DNA of 64,000 nt from assembly GCA_965224025.1 (NCBI GenBank), contig OZ245033.1, positions 1,664,001-1,728,000 on the forward strand, written 5' to 3'. Position numbers and translations under genes: made by a program. The stretch comes from Candidatus Multivorans sp. (GTDB lineage: Bacteria > Acidobacteriota > Thermoanaerobaculia > Multivoradales > Multivoraceae). Position 1 is the stretch's first letter, and each line of letters opens with the position of its first letter. Shown here piece by piece: positions 17,236 through 26,668 of the stretch. A model generated the notes under the pieces. It was not told the origin of the DNA and did not search any database. It worked only from the letters and a program-made list of their open reading frames with translations.

Positions 17236-20217
17236 TCATCCGATGACGAACTCCGCGGTGAGCAGCCGCTCCGTCTCGGGCTTGCGGTAGCGACGGCCGT
17301 GGGCGTGGTCCCGCCACCGACGGTACGTCTCGTCGTCGCCCGTCGCCATAGCCTCGATCTGCGAGTCGAGCGACTCGATCTTCTGCTCGATGGCCCGCGT
17401 CTGGGACTCTGCCCTCGCACGGTTCTCCGCGCCGATGGCACTGTCACGGCGACGTTCGGCGGCCGTGAGACGAGTGCTCTCGCGGCGCCGGTCGCGCCGC
17501 AACACGAGGAGACGATCGGCCAGATACTGATCCAGTTGATCCATCGCCGCCTCGAAGTTCGCCTGGTCGCCCCCGGCCCCGCCGGCCTGGTCCAGGAAGA
17601 GCTCCTCGTCGACCACTTCGTCGAGGTGATCCGCAGTCACGCCAAGCGGCGGTCTGAACTCGCCGACGTCCACACAGGGCTGGCGCAGCAGATCGATGGC
17701 GGCATCCGCCGGGCGCAGCACTTCCGCGTCCTCGAACACTGCGGTGACGCACAGCCGGTCCTCGCGCTCGAAGCGGGCGTTCGTCACTCGAGTCAGGGCC
17801 AATCGACCGCGTTCGCCTCGGCGACGACGCAGCGCTTCGGGAGCGCCGGCTGCGAGATCGAAGCGGACGCGGAAGGCGCCGTTCCCCGCAATCCGTGCTT
17901 CCTCCACCGCGGCGCCGATCAGGGGGTGGGCGAGATGAAGTGACTCGGTGTCGCCCAGGTCGCGGGCCGGTCCCAGGGCAACCGAGACGCCGCCGGCCAG
18001 CGGACCGGGCAACGACCGCGAAGCCCGAACGTGGATCACGCGGCGCCCTGCCCGCTCCGCGGCGCCCCAGGGGACGCCCCTGGCATCCAGGTACGCCGTC
18101 ACCACCCGCTCGAGTTCAGCGTCGAGCGCTGCGAGGGTCGCCGGAAGTTCCGACTCGATGTTGCGGAAGACCTCCCGCACGGACTCGTCGAACTGCCTTT
18201 GGATCAGCGACGTCGTGCGCTCGCGCACCTGGTCCAACCGCTGCCTGCGCTCCTCCAACTCATCCCGGAGCCGGCGCAACTCGTCCTCGACCTCCCGCAC
18301 CGACCTGGAACGATCCCAGATGCGCCGCACCTGCGCCTCGAAATCCGGCCCCAGAGCCGAGGCGAGTTCGTCGGACGAGTCGGAGCGCGGGGTCTGCAGG
18401 ACAACGTCCGACATGTCGAGCACCTTGCCGAACAGATCGAGCTTCGTGCTGAGAATCTCGAACGTGAGCCGCTGGGCCTCGTTGTCCTTCGCCAGAAAGC
18501 TGATCACCGTGACATCGCGCTTCTGCCCGTAGCGGTGACAGCGGCCGATCCTCTGTTCGATGCGCTGCGGGTTCCAGGGCAGGTCGTAGTTCACCAACGT
18601 GTCGCAGAACTGGAGGTTCAACCCCTTGGCACCGGCCTCCGAAGAGATGAAGACCCTGGAGCGGGTGCGGAACTCGTGGACCAACGCCAGGCGAACCGCA
18701 ACGGCCGGGCTGGGTCGCAGGCGCGGCTCGATGTCGCACTCCACCTCCTCGCGCCACGCGCCGAGCGCCTCCGCCGCACGCGCCGAGTCGTTGACGCCCC
18801 GAAACAGCGTGATGTCGCCCCGAGAGAGCTCCGTCTGCTCGAGCAGCAGATCGCGCAGGTAGTCCTGCGTCGTCAACGATTCGGTGAACACGACGACTTT
18901 CTGCCGACCCTCAGGGCGTTCCAGGACCAGGCGCACCGCCTCCACCAGGCTCTCCGCCTTGCTGTCTCGCGGCAGGCGCCGGGCCCGGCGCACGAAATCC
19001 TGGACCCGCGCCCGTTCCGCCCGTACGCCAGCCGCGTCGACAGCACGTTCATCGGCGGGGTCCTCACCGGCGGTGGGCGGGGGGTCGGGGCCAACCTCCG
19101 TCTCTTCTTCCTCCTCCAGGTCGCCGGCGAACAACTCCGCCGCCGCGGCGATCGCCGCCCCACCACCCCGGAGCATCCCGCGCAGTCGCTGGGAGACCCG
19201 CTCCAGGCTGTCTGCCAGCGCCGCGGTCGAGGACGCCATGCGCCGATGGAAGCCGAGCAGCAACAACTGCCGCGAACTGCCGCTGAACGCGTGCAGCGTC
19301 GGTTCCAGCAGGTAGGCGGTCACGTCGTCGTAGAGCGAGCGCTCTTCGGCGCTCATCGCGTACTCGAACAACTGGGCCCGCCGACCGACGAACGGCTTGT
19401 CGAGGAACTCCTGAGCCTGTCGGCGCAGCGTCCGCTGGACGACGACGCCAAGCCGCCTCTGGAGTTCTTCGGCCTGCTCGGCGACGACCTGCCGCCCCGC
19501 GTTGTCCGCGCAGAAGACGTCCTCGAAGACTGGTTTCGAGCCCAGCAGCGTGCCGGTGCGGTCGATGTACTGCACCAGCCCCCAGAGTTCCGCCAGTGAG
19601 TTCTGGATCGGCGTGGCGGTCAGGAGAAGCACCGGGGCGACGCCCATGATCTGTCGCAAGCGGTGCGCGACCTGCGCGTAGCGGCTGTCCTCGTCGTACG
19701 AACCGTAACGGTCGAACCGCCGGTGAATGGCGGCGAAGACCTCGTGAGCCTCGTCGATCAGGTAGAGATCGAACGGCGGCGCATTCCGCAGCCGTTCGAA
19801 GCCCCTGGCCCCGCCCGCGTACTCCCGGCCCACCAGGAACACGCCCGGCGCATCGAGATCGATCGCCGGATCCGTAGCCTCGACCGCCTCGATCCCGAAC
19901 AGGGTGTACAACTCGCTCTGCCACTGGCCAAGCAACGGGCGCGGCAGGACAATGAGGATTCTCTCGGCGCCCTCCGCCATCAACTGGGCGATGACGAGGC
20001 CGGCCTCGATCGTCTTGCCCAGGCCCACCTCGTCCGCAAGGATGCACCCTCCTTCCGGAATGCGGCGCAACGCGAACATGACCGCGTCGATCTGGTGCGG
20101 GTTCGGGTCGATCCGCGCACGTCGCTGCGAGGCGACCTGCCGCCTGCGCTCGCTGGCCCGGCGGGCGCGAACAAGTTCCTCCGCGTAGTAGCGGCGATGG
20201 ATCGGGTGTGCCGGCAC
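17236..20217 (-). CDS. SNF2-family (SF2) helicase/ATPase
   Basis: PHQ, ILADEVGLGKT, DEAH, LLLTATPIQN, EAGAKGLNLQ, NYDLPWNPQRIEQRIGRCHRYGQ; start uncertain (GTG 20217 chosen, ORF extends to 20277). Confidence 0.92.
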   Translation of the reverse strand: MPAHPIHRRYYAEELVRARRASERRRQVASQRRARIDPNPHQIDAVMFALRRIPEGGCILADEVGLGKTIEAGLVIAQLMAEGAERILIVLPRPLLGQWQSELYTLFGIEAVEATDPAIDLDAPGVFLVGREYAGGARGFERLRNAPPFDLYLIDEAHEVFAAIHRRFDRYGSYDEDSRYAQVAHRLRQIMGVAPVLLLTATPIQNSLAELWGLVQYIDRTGTLLGSKPVFEDVFCADNAGRQVVAEQAEELQRRLGVVVQRTLRRQAQEFLDKPFVGRRAQLFEYAMSAEERSLYDDVTAYLLEPTLHAFSGSSRQLLLLGFHRRMASSTAALADSLERVSQRLRGMLRGGGAAIAAAAELFAGDLEEEEETEVGPDPPPTAGEDPADERAVDAAGVRAERARVQDFVRRARRLPRDSKAESLVEAVRLVLERPEGRQKVVVFTESLTTQDYLRDLLLEQTELSRGDITLFRGVNDSARAAEALGAWREEVECDIEPRLRPSPAVAVRLALVHEFRTRSRVFISSEAGAKGLNLQFCDTLVNYDLPWNPQRIEQRIGRCHRYGQKRDVTVISFLAKDNEAQRLTFEILSTKLDLFGKVLDMSDVVLQTPRSDSSDELASALGPDFEAQVRRIWDRSRSVREVEDELRRLRDELEERRQRLDQVRERTTSLIQRQFDESVREVFRNIESELPATLAALDAELERVVTAYLDARGVPWGAAERAGRRVIHVRASRSLPGPLAGGVSVALGPARDLGDTESLHLAHPLIGAAVEEARIAGNGAFRVRFDLAAGAPEALRRRRGERGRLALTRVTNARFEREDRLCVTAVFEDAEVLRPADAAIDLLRQPCVDVGEFRPPLGVTADHLDEVVDEELFLDQAGGAGGDQANFEAAMDQLDQYLADRLLVLRRDRRRESTRLTAAERRRDSAIGAENRARAESQTRAIEQKIESLDSQIEAMATGDDETYRRWRDHAHGRRYRKPETERLLTAEFVIG

Positions 20218-20266
20218 TTTGGGGCGGTCAACGTCGACAGCAACGCCAACGGGCAGGCGATTGTAG

Positions 20267-20316
20267 CGGCGCCTCAACGACGGCGCCTCAACGACGGCAC
20301 TACAACGACGGCAACG
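20267..20316. repeat. 14-bp tandem repeat (about 3.5 units) upstream of the SNF2 gene
   Basis: cggcgcctcaacga cggcgcctcaacga cggcactacaacga cggcaacg; next to a minus-strand TACAAT at 20265-20260. Confidence 0.75.
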
Positions 20317-20459
20317 CCCCGCCAGAGCGAGCCGTGACGACCTCGGCAGTGAGTCCGCTCACGCTCGAGCACCCAGAGCATGAACTGAAGCGCCTCCGCG
20401 CCCCGGGACTCTGCCAATCTCCGAAACACGTGGAATCACGCTAGAATGCGTCATGAACT

Positions 20460-20822
20460 GTGGGGTGCTGCCGTACTCTTCGGGAACTCGTCGAAGGTCA
20501 GAACTTCTCTCCAGTGTTCATCGCCGCTGAGTTGCGCACCACGAAGGCAGAGATCGCCGGCACACTTGGTTTGGGGCGTGACGCCCTCTCGCGTGCCTCA
20601 CGGATCAGGGCCCGAAAGACCCAGATCCGCCTCCGCCAGATGCTGGAGATTCTGAACCGCGTCGAAGCCGAGACTGGATCGCCGCTTGCGGCCTACGCCT
20701 GGTTCCGCGCCGAGCGGCTGCCGGGCTTTGGCGGTGCCACCGCGGATCTGCTGCTGCGAGAAGGCAAGGCCGACCACGTCCATGCCTATCTCCACAGGGT
20801 GGCGGCAGGCGGCTATGCATAG
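20460..20822 (+). CDS. Xre/MbcA/ParS-type antitoxin (DUF2384-like C-terminus)
   Basis: HTH-like N-terminus, AYAWFRAERLPGFGGATADLLLREG...GGYA; directly upstream of a RES fragment; start uncertain. Confidence 0.8.
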   Translation: MGCCRTLRELVEGQNFSPVFIAAELRTTKAEIAGTLGLGRDALSRASRIRARKTQIRLRQMLEILNRVEAETGSPLAAYAWFRAERLPGFGGATADLLLREGKADHVHAYLHRVAAGGYA

Positions 20823-20837
20823 GGCACTTGCCTGCCG

Positions 20838-20966
20838 ATGCGGTTCCGAAGGGTCGTCTATCGGGCCCACAATCCTCAATGGTCCTGGACGCCGCTCTCA
20901 GGTGAAGGCGCTCGCCGCCATGGTGGGCGTTTCAACCGTCGCGGTGTACCGGCGCTCTACAGCTAG
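20838..20966 (+). pseudogene. Truncated RES-domain toxin
   Basis: MRFRRVVYRAHNPQWSWTPLSGEGARRHGGRFNRRGVPALYS* is the conserved RES N-terminus (GGRFN..G.PALY), stopping after 42 residues. Confidence 0.85.
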
Positions 20967-20968
20967 AG

Positions 20969-21232
20969 CTAGTCGTCATACCAGCCTTCCCAGAAGGTGC
21001 CCTTTGTGCCGGTTTGCCTTTGCCGGCACCCGAAATGCGCGCCGCTCTGGAGGTAGCCGCTGACATTGCGCGGCCTGTCAGTGACCGTCTCCCGAATGCG
21101 CGACCCCGAGTGTTGTTGAATGCTGCTCAGGCATTCGTCGAGGCTGCGGAACTCCGCTCTCCGGACTGAGCCGGGCGAGCAAGCCAGAGCAGCGAGACTT
21201 ACGGACAGGAGTCCGCCACGGGCCCACGACAT
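20969..21232 (-). CDS. Small hypothetical lipoprotein
   Basis: MSWARGGLLSVSLAALAC lipobox-like signal; two further Cys; no recognised family. Confidence 0.5.
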   Translation of the reverse strand: MSWARGGLLSVSLAALACSPGSVRRAEFRSLDECLSSIQQHSGSRIRETVTDRPRNVSGYLQSGAHFGCRQRQTGTKGTFWEGWYDD

Positions 21233-21391
21233 CCGCACGAAGAGGCTGCGGCGGCAAACCGCGAACTGCCTGCCAACCCGGATACAACATTCGTTCCAAG
21301 CAACGAAACTCCGCACTACTTCCTCCTCTTCGTCAAGAGCCGACCGCTTCTTTTACTATTCGGCTGTTCCGGCTTCTTCCGAACTCTCTGG

Positions 21392-22897
21392 TCAGATGCT
21401 AGCAACTCGGTCGAGCCCCTCGAACCGCTTCTGCAACCTCTTCATCCGCTTGCCCGAAATGCCGCCGAGCGCCTCGATGGCGCGGCGGATGCGGGCCCGC
21501 ACGAGATCAGGGCCAAGAATCTCCATCGACTGGAACAACGGCAGCGAGGCCGTCTCGCCCGACATGGCGACGTAGAAGGGTCGGGTCAGGTCGCGCAGGC
21601 TGAGCCCCAGGGCCTCCGACAGGCGCCGGAATCGGCCTTGGATGACGTCGGCAGTGAAGGTCTGCTCACGCTCCAGCACCCAAAGCACGCACTGCAACGC
21701 TTCGGCAACCTGGGCCTCTTCGAGACCTTTGACGGCCAGCTTCTCCCGATCGACCAGCGGCGCGTCGACGAACAGGAAGTTCGTGAGCCGGCCCCAGTCG
21801 CCCAGGGTCTCGAGCCGCGGCTGGGCCAGGGCGGCGATCGCCGCGAGCCGCTCCTCCCCCATCGACCACTCGCGCACGAGCGCCGCCAAGCCCTCCGCGT
21901 CGTAGTCCTCGCGCAGGTAGCGGGCGTTCAGCCAGCGCAGCTTGTCGAGGTCGAAGACGGGGCCGCCGAGCGAGATGTCTTCCAAGGTGAAGCCGTCCGC
22001 GAGCCGGTCGAAACCGAATTTCTCCTCGCCCTCCGAGCGGCTCGACACCATCAGGCCAAGGAAGTTGAGCAGCGCCTGGGGCAGGAAGCCCGCGTCCCGA
22101 AACCAGGTGATCGAGGTCGGGTTGCGCCGCTTGGAGAGCTTGGAACGGTTCGCGTCGTTGTTACGCAACAGGGGCAGGTGGCAGAACGTCGGCGGCTCGT
22201 AGCCGAGCGCCTCGTAGAGCCGCAGGTGCTTCGGCAGGGAGTTGATCCACTCTTCGCCGCGGATCACGTGGCTGATCGCCATTGCGTGATCGTCGACCAC
22301 GCACGCGAGGTGGTAGGTCGGGTGCCCGTCGGCCTTCAGGATCACCTGGTCGTCGATCAGTTCCCACTCGCGCCGGATCTCGCCGCGCAACAGGTCGTGC
22401 ATCACGCATTCGCCCTCGGTGGGCATCCCGATTCGCACGACGTGCTCTTCGCCGGCGGCGGCTCTCCGCTCCGCCTCTTCTGGCGAGAGGCTCCGGCAGC
22501 GCCGGTCGTAGCCGGGGAAGCGCTGCTGCGCGCGGTTCTCGCGCCGCATCTCGTCCAGCCGCTCCCGGGTGCAGAAGCAGCGGTAGGCGCTGCCCTCGGC
22601 AAGCAGCCGGTCGACCTCGGCGCGGTACGACTCCAGGCGTTCGCTCTGGCGGTATGGGCCCTCGTCCCAGTTCAGACCCAGCCAGCGCAGGGCGTCGAGG
22701 ATCGCGGCCTCCGACGCACGGGTCGAGCGGGCGCGGTCCGTGTCCTCGATCCGCAGCACGAAGGCGCCGCCGCAGCTGCGCGCGAAGGCCAGGTTGACCA
22801 GCGCCTGGTAGGCGGTGCCGACGTGCGGGTCGCCGGTCGGCGACGGCGCTACGCGCACCCGTACTGGAGCACTGGCCCCGAGTCCCGAATCACTCAT
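21392..22897 (-). CDS. gltX: Glutamate--tRNA ligase
   Basis: RVAPSPTGDPHVGT, LRIEDTD, PTYHLACVVDDH, HVIRGEEW, KLSKR. Confidence 0.97.
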   Translation of the reverse strand: MSDSGLGASAPVRVRVAPSPTGDPHVGTAYQALVNLAFARSCGGAFVLRIEDTDRARSTRASEAAILDALRWLGLNWDEGPYRQSERLESYRAEVDRLLAEGSAYRCFCTRERLDEMRRENRAQQRFPGYDRRCRSLSPEEAERRAAAGEEHVVRIGMPTEGECVMHDLLRGEIRREWELIDDQVILKADGHPTYHLACVVDDHAMAISHVIRGEEWINSLPKHLRLYEALGYEPPTFCHLPLLRNNDANRSKLSKRRNPTSITWFRDAGFLPQALLNFLGLMVSSRSEGEEKFGFDRLADGFTLEDISLGGPVFDLDKLRWLNARYLREDYDAEGLAALVREWSMGEERLAAIAALAQPRLETLGDWGRLTNFLFVDAPLVDREKLAVKGLEEAQVAEALQCVLWVLEREQTFTADVIQGRFRRLSEALGLSLRDLTRPFYVAMSGETASLPLFQSMEILGPDLVRARIRRAIEALGGISGKRMKRLQKRFEGLDRVASI

Positions 22898-24255
22898 CCG
22901 CGCACCTTCCCCCGGTAGTCCTCGAGCCGCCGCCGGAGCGGTCGAAGCTCCGCCTCGCCGGTTCCGGCCCGCTCCAGTGTTTCGATCACCTGCTCGATCC
23001 GCCGTCCCGCGTCATCGTAGAGACCGGCGCCTCCCAGGGCGTCGGCCAGTTCCAATTGAAGCTGGACCATCAGATCACGCAGGTAGGGGTCGGAGGCGCC
23101 GGCGGCGGCCGCCCGGTCCAGCCGCTCGAGTGCGCGGCCGACATCGTTCGCCCTCATCGCCAGCATCGTGGTCACGAGCAGCATGTGAACGTCGGCGGGA
23201 TCGTCCGCCAGCACCCGCTCCGCCTCGACCGCCGCCTGCTCGAAACTCCCCAGCTTGAACAGGGCGCCTGCCAGCACCGCACGGCCGCCGGCCAGGTCGG
23301 CGTCGATCTCGAGCGCGCGCCGCGCCGAGGCCGCCGCTTCCCGGGAACGGTTCATCCGGTCGTAGACGCCGGCGGCGGCGAAGTGGGCCTGAGCGTTGCC
23401 GGGTTCGAACTCGATCAACCGGAGGAGTTCCGCGAGCGAGGCCCGCAACTGGCCGGTCTCCCGGTAGGTCTTGCTGCGCCGAAGAAAGCTCTCCGAGTCC
23501 ACGGCCAGAACGTCGACTTCGGCCCGGCGCGGATCGCGGTGGTGGATCATCGGCGGCAGCCCGCGCGCCGCCTGCGCCAGCCGCCGTGCGCCGTCCCGAT
23601 CGCCTGCCCGGTGCCGGGCGCGCGACAGCGTGGCCACGATCGCCTGGGTTTCGGGAGTCAGTTCGTACGCGCGTTCGAGATGTCGCACGGCCTGGTCGAC
23701 CTCGCCGCGGGCGAGCGCCAATCGGCCCAGGCCGAGATGCGCCACCGCGTTGTCGGGCGCCAGGCGGGCCGCCTGCTGGTAGTGGGTTTCCGCTTCACGC
23801 GCCTCGCCCACCTTCTCAAGGCTCGCGGCGAGCCGGACGCGGGCGGGCGCGTAGCCCGGATCGATTTCGACGGCCCGCCGGTAGAGGCCGACCGCGGCAA
23901 CCGGATCGTGGGCATCGGCGAGGACCGCTCGCAGGTAGACCCAGCGAAAATCAGCGGGCGCGAAGCGCGAGGCCTTTGTGTAGGCGAACTCGGCCTCCTC
24001 GTCGAACTGGTGGGCGTGGAGGACCATGCCGAGACGGCCCCAGGCCGCAGGCGACTCGGGTTTGCTGCGGGCGGTGGCGAGTTGGGTCTCGATCGCGGTG
24101 CGGACGCGGGGTTCGACGGCGGTGAGGTCGGGGGTTGGGAGTTCGGCGGCTTGGGCGGCGGCGGCGAGGAGGAGAATCGTTACGCCGGTGCCAAACCACC
24201 GGATGCGGGCGAGACGCCCGGGTTCCCAGGGGCCGATGCGGGCCACAGCCGTCAC
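22894..24255 (-). CDS. Secreted tetratricopeptide-repeat protein
   Basis: Signal-like segment ILLLAAAAQA; multiple TPR-like helices (AWGRLG, AHLGLG, AHFAAAG); overlaps both neighbours. Confidence 0.85.
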   Translation of the reverse strand: MTAVARIGPWEPGRLARIRWFGTGVTILLLAAAAQAAELPTPDLTAVEPRVRTAIETQLATARSKPESPAAWGRLGMVLHAHQFDEEAEFAYTKASRFAPADFRWVYLRAVLADAHDPVAAVGLYRRAVEIDPGYAPARVRLAASLEKVGEAREAETHYQQAARLAPDNAVAHLGLGRLALARGEVDQAVRHLERAYELTPETQAIVATLSRARHRAGDRDGARRLAQAARGLPPMIHHRDPRRAEVDVLAVDSESFLRRSKTYRETGQLRASLAELLRLIEFEPGNAQAHFAAAGVYDRMNRSREAAASARRALEIDADLAGGRAVLAGALFKLGSFEQAAVEAERVLADDPADVHMLLVTTMLAMRANDVGRALERLDRAAAAGASDPYLRDLMVQLQLELADALGGAGLYDDAGRRIEQVIETLERAGTGEAELRPLRRRLEDYRGKVRG

Positions 24256-25997
24256 CGGCCTTCTCCGCGTGCCAGCACAACCTCGCTGCCGCTCTCGGCG
24301 CCGTCGAACTCCTCGACCTCGCCGCCGGGCCAGGTCACCTCGAAGCGCTCTACTCCCGCGGCGTCGCCGAGTCCGATGTGAACAGGCGCTTCGCCGCCGG
24401 TCAGGTAGCCGCCCAACGGCAGCACGCGGCGCCGAACCGGGCGGCCGGCGATCCAGGCGACGACCGAGGCGCCGAAGACAGTGCGCCGCAGGTCGGGATC
24501 GACCACCCGCAGACTCACCCAGCCGGCCGGGCCTGCGGTCGACTCGTTCCGGTAGATGCGCGCCGGCCCCTCCAGGTTGCTGACCAGGAGGTCGAGGTCG
24601 CCGTCGCCCTCCAGGTCGAACGGCACCAGACCGCGGCCGACGTCGAGCGCCGCGCCGTAGTCACCCGAGGCGGCGCTGACATCGGCGAAGGCGCCCGCGC
24701 CGTCACCCAGCATCAGCAGGTTCGGTTCGGCATAGCCGCGCCAGAACCAGTCGTCACGGTTCGAGAGCGCGGCCGGCCGCCGCTTCACCGCGCCGTTGAC
24801 CACGGCGAGGTCGAGGTCACCGTCGTTGTCGGCGTCGAAGAACGCGGAGCCGAAGCCCGTGTAGGGCGTACTCGGCGCGGCCAAACCGGCCTCCGCGGCC
24901 CGGTCGTCGAAACCGTCGGAGGCGCCCGGTGCGCCCCCAAGGTTCACGTACAGAGTGTTCGTCTCCTCGATCAGGTGGCTCAGAAACAGGTCGAGGTCCC
25001 GGTCGCCGTCGATGTCACCCAGCGCAATGCCCATGCCCGCCTCGCCGACACCGAACCGATTGTAGGCCGCTCCGAGCAGCACCGCGTCGTCCTCGAAGGT
25101 CCCGTCGCCCCGGTTGATCCAGAGCTGGTTCGGGTCGGCGTCGTTCGCAACGTACACGTCGGGCCGGCCGTCGTCGTCGAAGTCGGCGGCTGCGGCGCCC
25201 AGGCCGGCGTCCGCGATCAACGACACACCGGCATCCCGGCTGCGGTCGACGAAGCGCCGCCCCCCCTCGTTGACGTAGAACACATCCGCCTCGCCCTCGA
25301 ACTGCTGCGGGCCGCAGTAGTCGACCCGTCCGCCCTGCACCTGGCACTCGCGCCCCTCGTTCCACTGGACGTAGCGGGCCACGTAGAGATCGAGCCAGCC
25401 GTCGAGGTTCGGGTCGAAGAACACGGCCGAGGTCGACCACTCGGGCGTCGCCAGGCCGAGCGCCGCCGTCGCGTCGACGAAGCGGCCGCCGCCCTCGTTC
25501 CGGTAGAGCACGTCGGCGCCGAAGTTCGTCACGTAGAGGTCGAGGTCGCCGTCGTTGTCGATGTCGGCCACAGCGGCGCCCATGCCGTAGCCCGGGTTGT
25601 CGAGCCCGGATCCGTCCGTAGCGTCGACGAGGCGGCCGCGCGGCCGCTGCAGGTAGAGCCGGTTGCGCCCCGACTCGCCGGCGACGCCGCTGCCCGCGTT
25701 CGGGAAATAGAGGTCGAGCAGACCGTCGCCGTCGGCATCGAAGACCGCCACGCCGCCGCCCATGATCGCCGGCATCGGGTACGACCCCGCCGAACCCGTG
25801 GCGTGGACGAAGTCGAGTCCGGTCTCGGCGGTCACGTCGACGAAGCGGACGCCGGCCGGCGGCGCCGCGTCTTTCGGCGCGGACGGAGCCTCGGCTGTGA
25901 CGGAGGCCGGATCCCCGTCCGCCTGGGTGCAGCTCCAAGCCGCCGACAACGTGGCGCCGAGGACGAGAGGCCCCTTCCACGCAACCGTGGAGATCAT
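24252..25997 (-). CDS. CRTAC1-family FG-GAP/ASPIC-UnbV protein
   Basis: Repeated D-x-D-x-DG-x-x-DL motifs, GMGAAVAD, C-terminal GGYL...VHIGLG...VTWPGG; TGATG coupling at 25997. Confidence 0.9.
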   Translation of the reverse strand: MISTVAWKGPLVLGATLSAAWSCTQADGDPASVTAEAPSAPKDAAPPAGVRFVDVTAETGLDFVHATGSAGSYPMPAIMGGGVAVFDADGDGLLDLYFPNAGSGVAGESGRNRLYLQRPRGRLVDATDGSGLDNPGYGMGAAVADIDNDGDLDLYVTNFGADVLYRNEGGGRFVDATAALGLATPEWSTSAVFFDPNLDGWLDLYVARYVQWNEGRECQVQGGRVDYCGPQQFEGEADVFYVNEGGRRFVDRSRDAGVSLIADAGLGAAAADFDDDGRPDVYVANDADPNQLWINRGDGTFEDDAVLLGAAYNRFGVGEAGMGIALGDIDGDRDLDLFLSHLIEETNTLYVNLGGAPGASDGFDDRAAEAGLAAPSTPYTGFGSAFFDADNDGDLDLAVVNGAVKRRPAALSNRDDWFWRGYAEPNLLMLGDGAGAFADVSAASGDYGAALDVGRGLVPFDLEGDGDLDLLVSNLEGPARIYRNESTAGPAGWVSLRVVDPDLRRTVFGASVVAWIAGRPVRRRVLPLGGYLTGGEAPVHIGLGDAAGVERFEVTWPGGEVEEFDGAESGSEVVLARGEGR

Positions 25998-26668
25998 CAG
26001 TTCACCCCGACGGCCGTCTCTGCCTCCAGCCGGCGGCGCCGGCGGGCATAGCGCTGGATCATTCCCAGCATCGTCCCCTCGTCGTGGATGCCGCAAAGCG
26101 GAAAGGCATCGAACATCAGTGTCGGCGCCCCCTCGACGCCCGCCGCAACCGCGCTCCTCGTCGCTGCCGCCAAGCGGCGGCCGGCGGCCAGGTCGTCGAT
26201 CGAGGCGACGCCATGCGTCCCGAAGTGGCCGCGGCGCTCGAAGTCGTGGAAGAGGTGTTCGACAGCGCCACCCTGCTCGTAGAACGCCGCGAACGCGGCC
26301 TGCCGCCACTCCCGTTCGACGGTCGGGTCGAGTCCTCGATCGATGGCGGCGTCAAGTGTCACCGCCACCTCGCCGGCGAGCCGCGAGTCCGGCCAGCGAG
26401 CGGGCGGGTCGAGTTCGACATGAAGCGCCGCCGAGACCTCGATCAGACTCCGCCGACGCTCGGGATCGAGCAACCGCCCGCGCTGGAAGCGGCCGATTCC
26501 GGTCAGATCGATCGCCTTCCAGCGCAGCTCGATCCGTTCCTCCGCAAGCTCCTGGTCGATGCGCGCCAACACCCGGTGGGCGACGTAACTCAGGCAGGAG
26601 GCGAAGTCGTAATAGACGAACACCTCAAGCGGCGAATCGCCAGAGCCCCGTGTCTCTTCCTCGCTCAA
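25997..26668 (-). CDS. DSBA-like thioredoxin-fold protein (HCCA isomerase/GST-kappa-like)
   Basis: VYYDFASCLSYVA and GVEGAPTLMFD; TTG start overlapping the galE stop is inferred. Confidence 0.72.
   Translation of the reverse strand: MSEEETRGSGDSPLEVFVYYDFASCLSYVAHRVLARIDQELAEERIELRWKAIDLTGIGRFQRGRLLDPERRRSLIEVSAALHVELDPPARWPDSRLAGEVAVTLDAAIDRGLDPTVEREWRQAAFAAFYEQGGAVEHLFHDFERRGHFGTHGVASIDDLAAGRRLAAATRSAVAAGVEGAPTLMFDAFPLCGIHDEGTMLGMIQRYARRRRRLEAETAVGVN

Noticed and set aside
20267-20316. Short repeats as a CRISPR array
   Set aside because: Units are 14 bp and contiguous, with no spacers and no cas genes.
1629-22896. 13-bp match cccgaatcactca at about 1629 and 22884 as att sites
   Set aside because: Short, one copy lies in the gltX start codons, the interval contains core genes, and no integrase is present.
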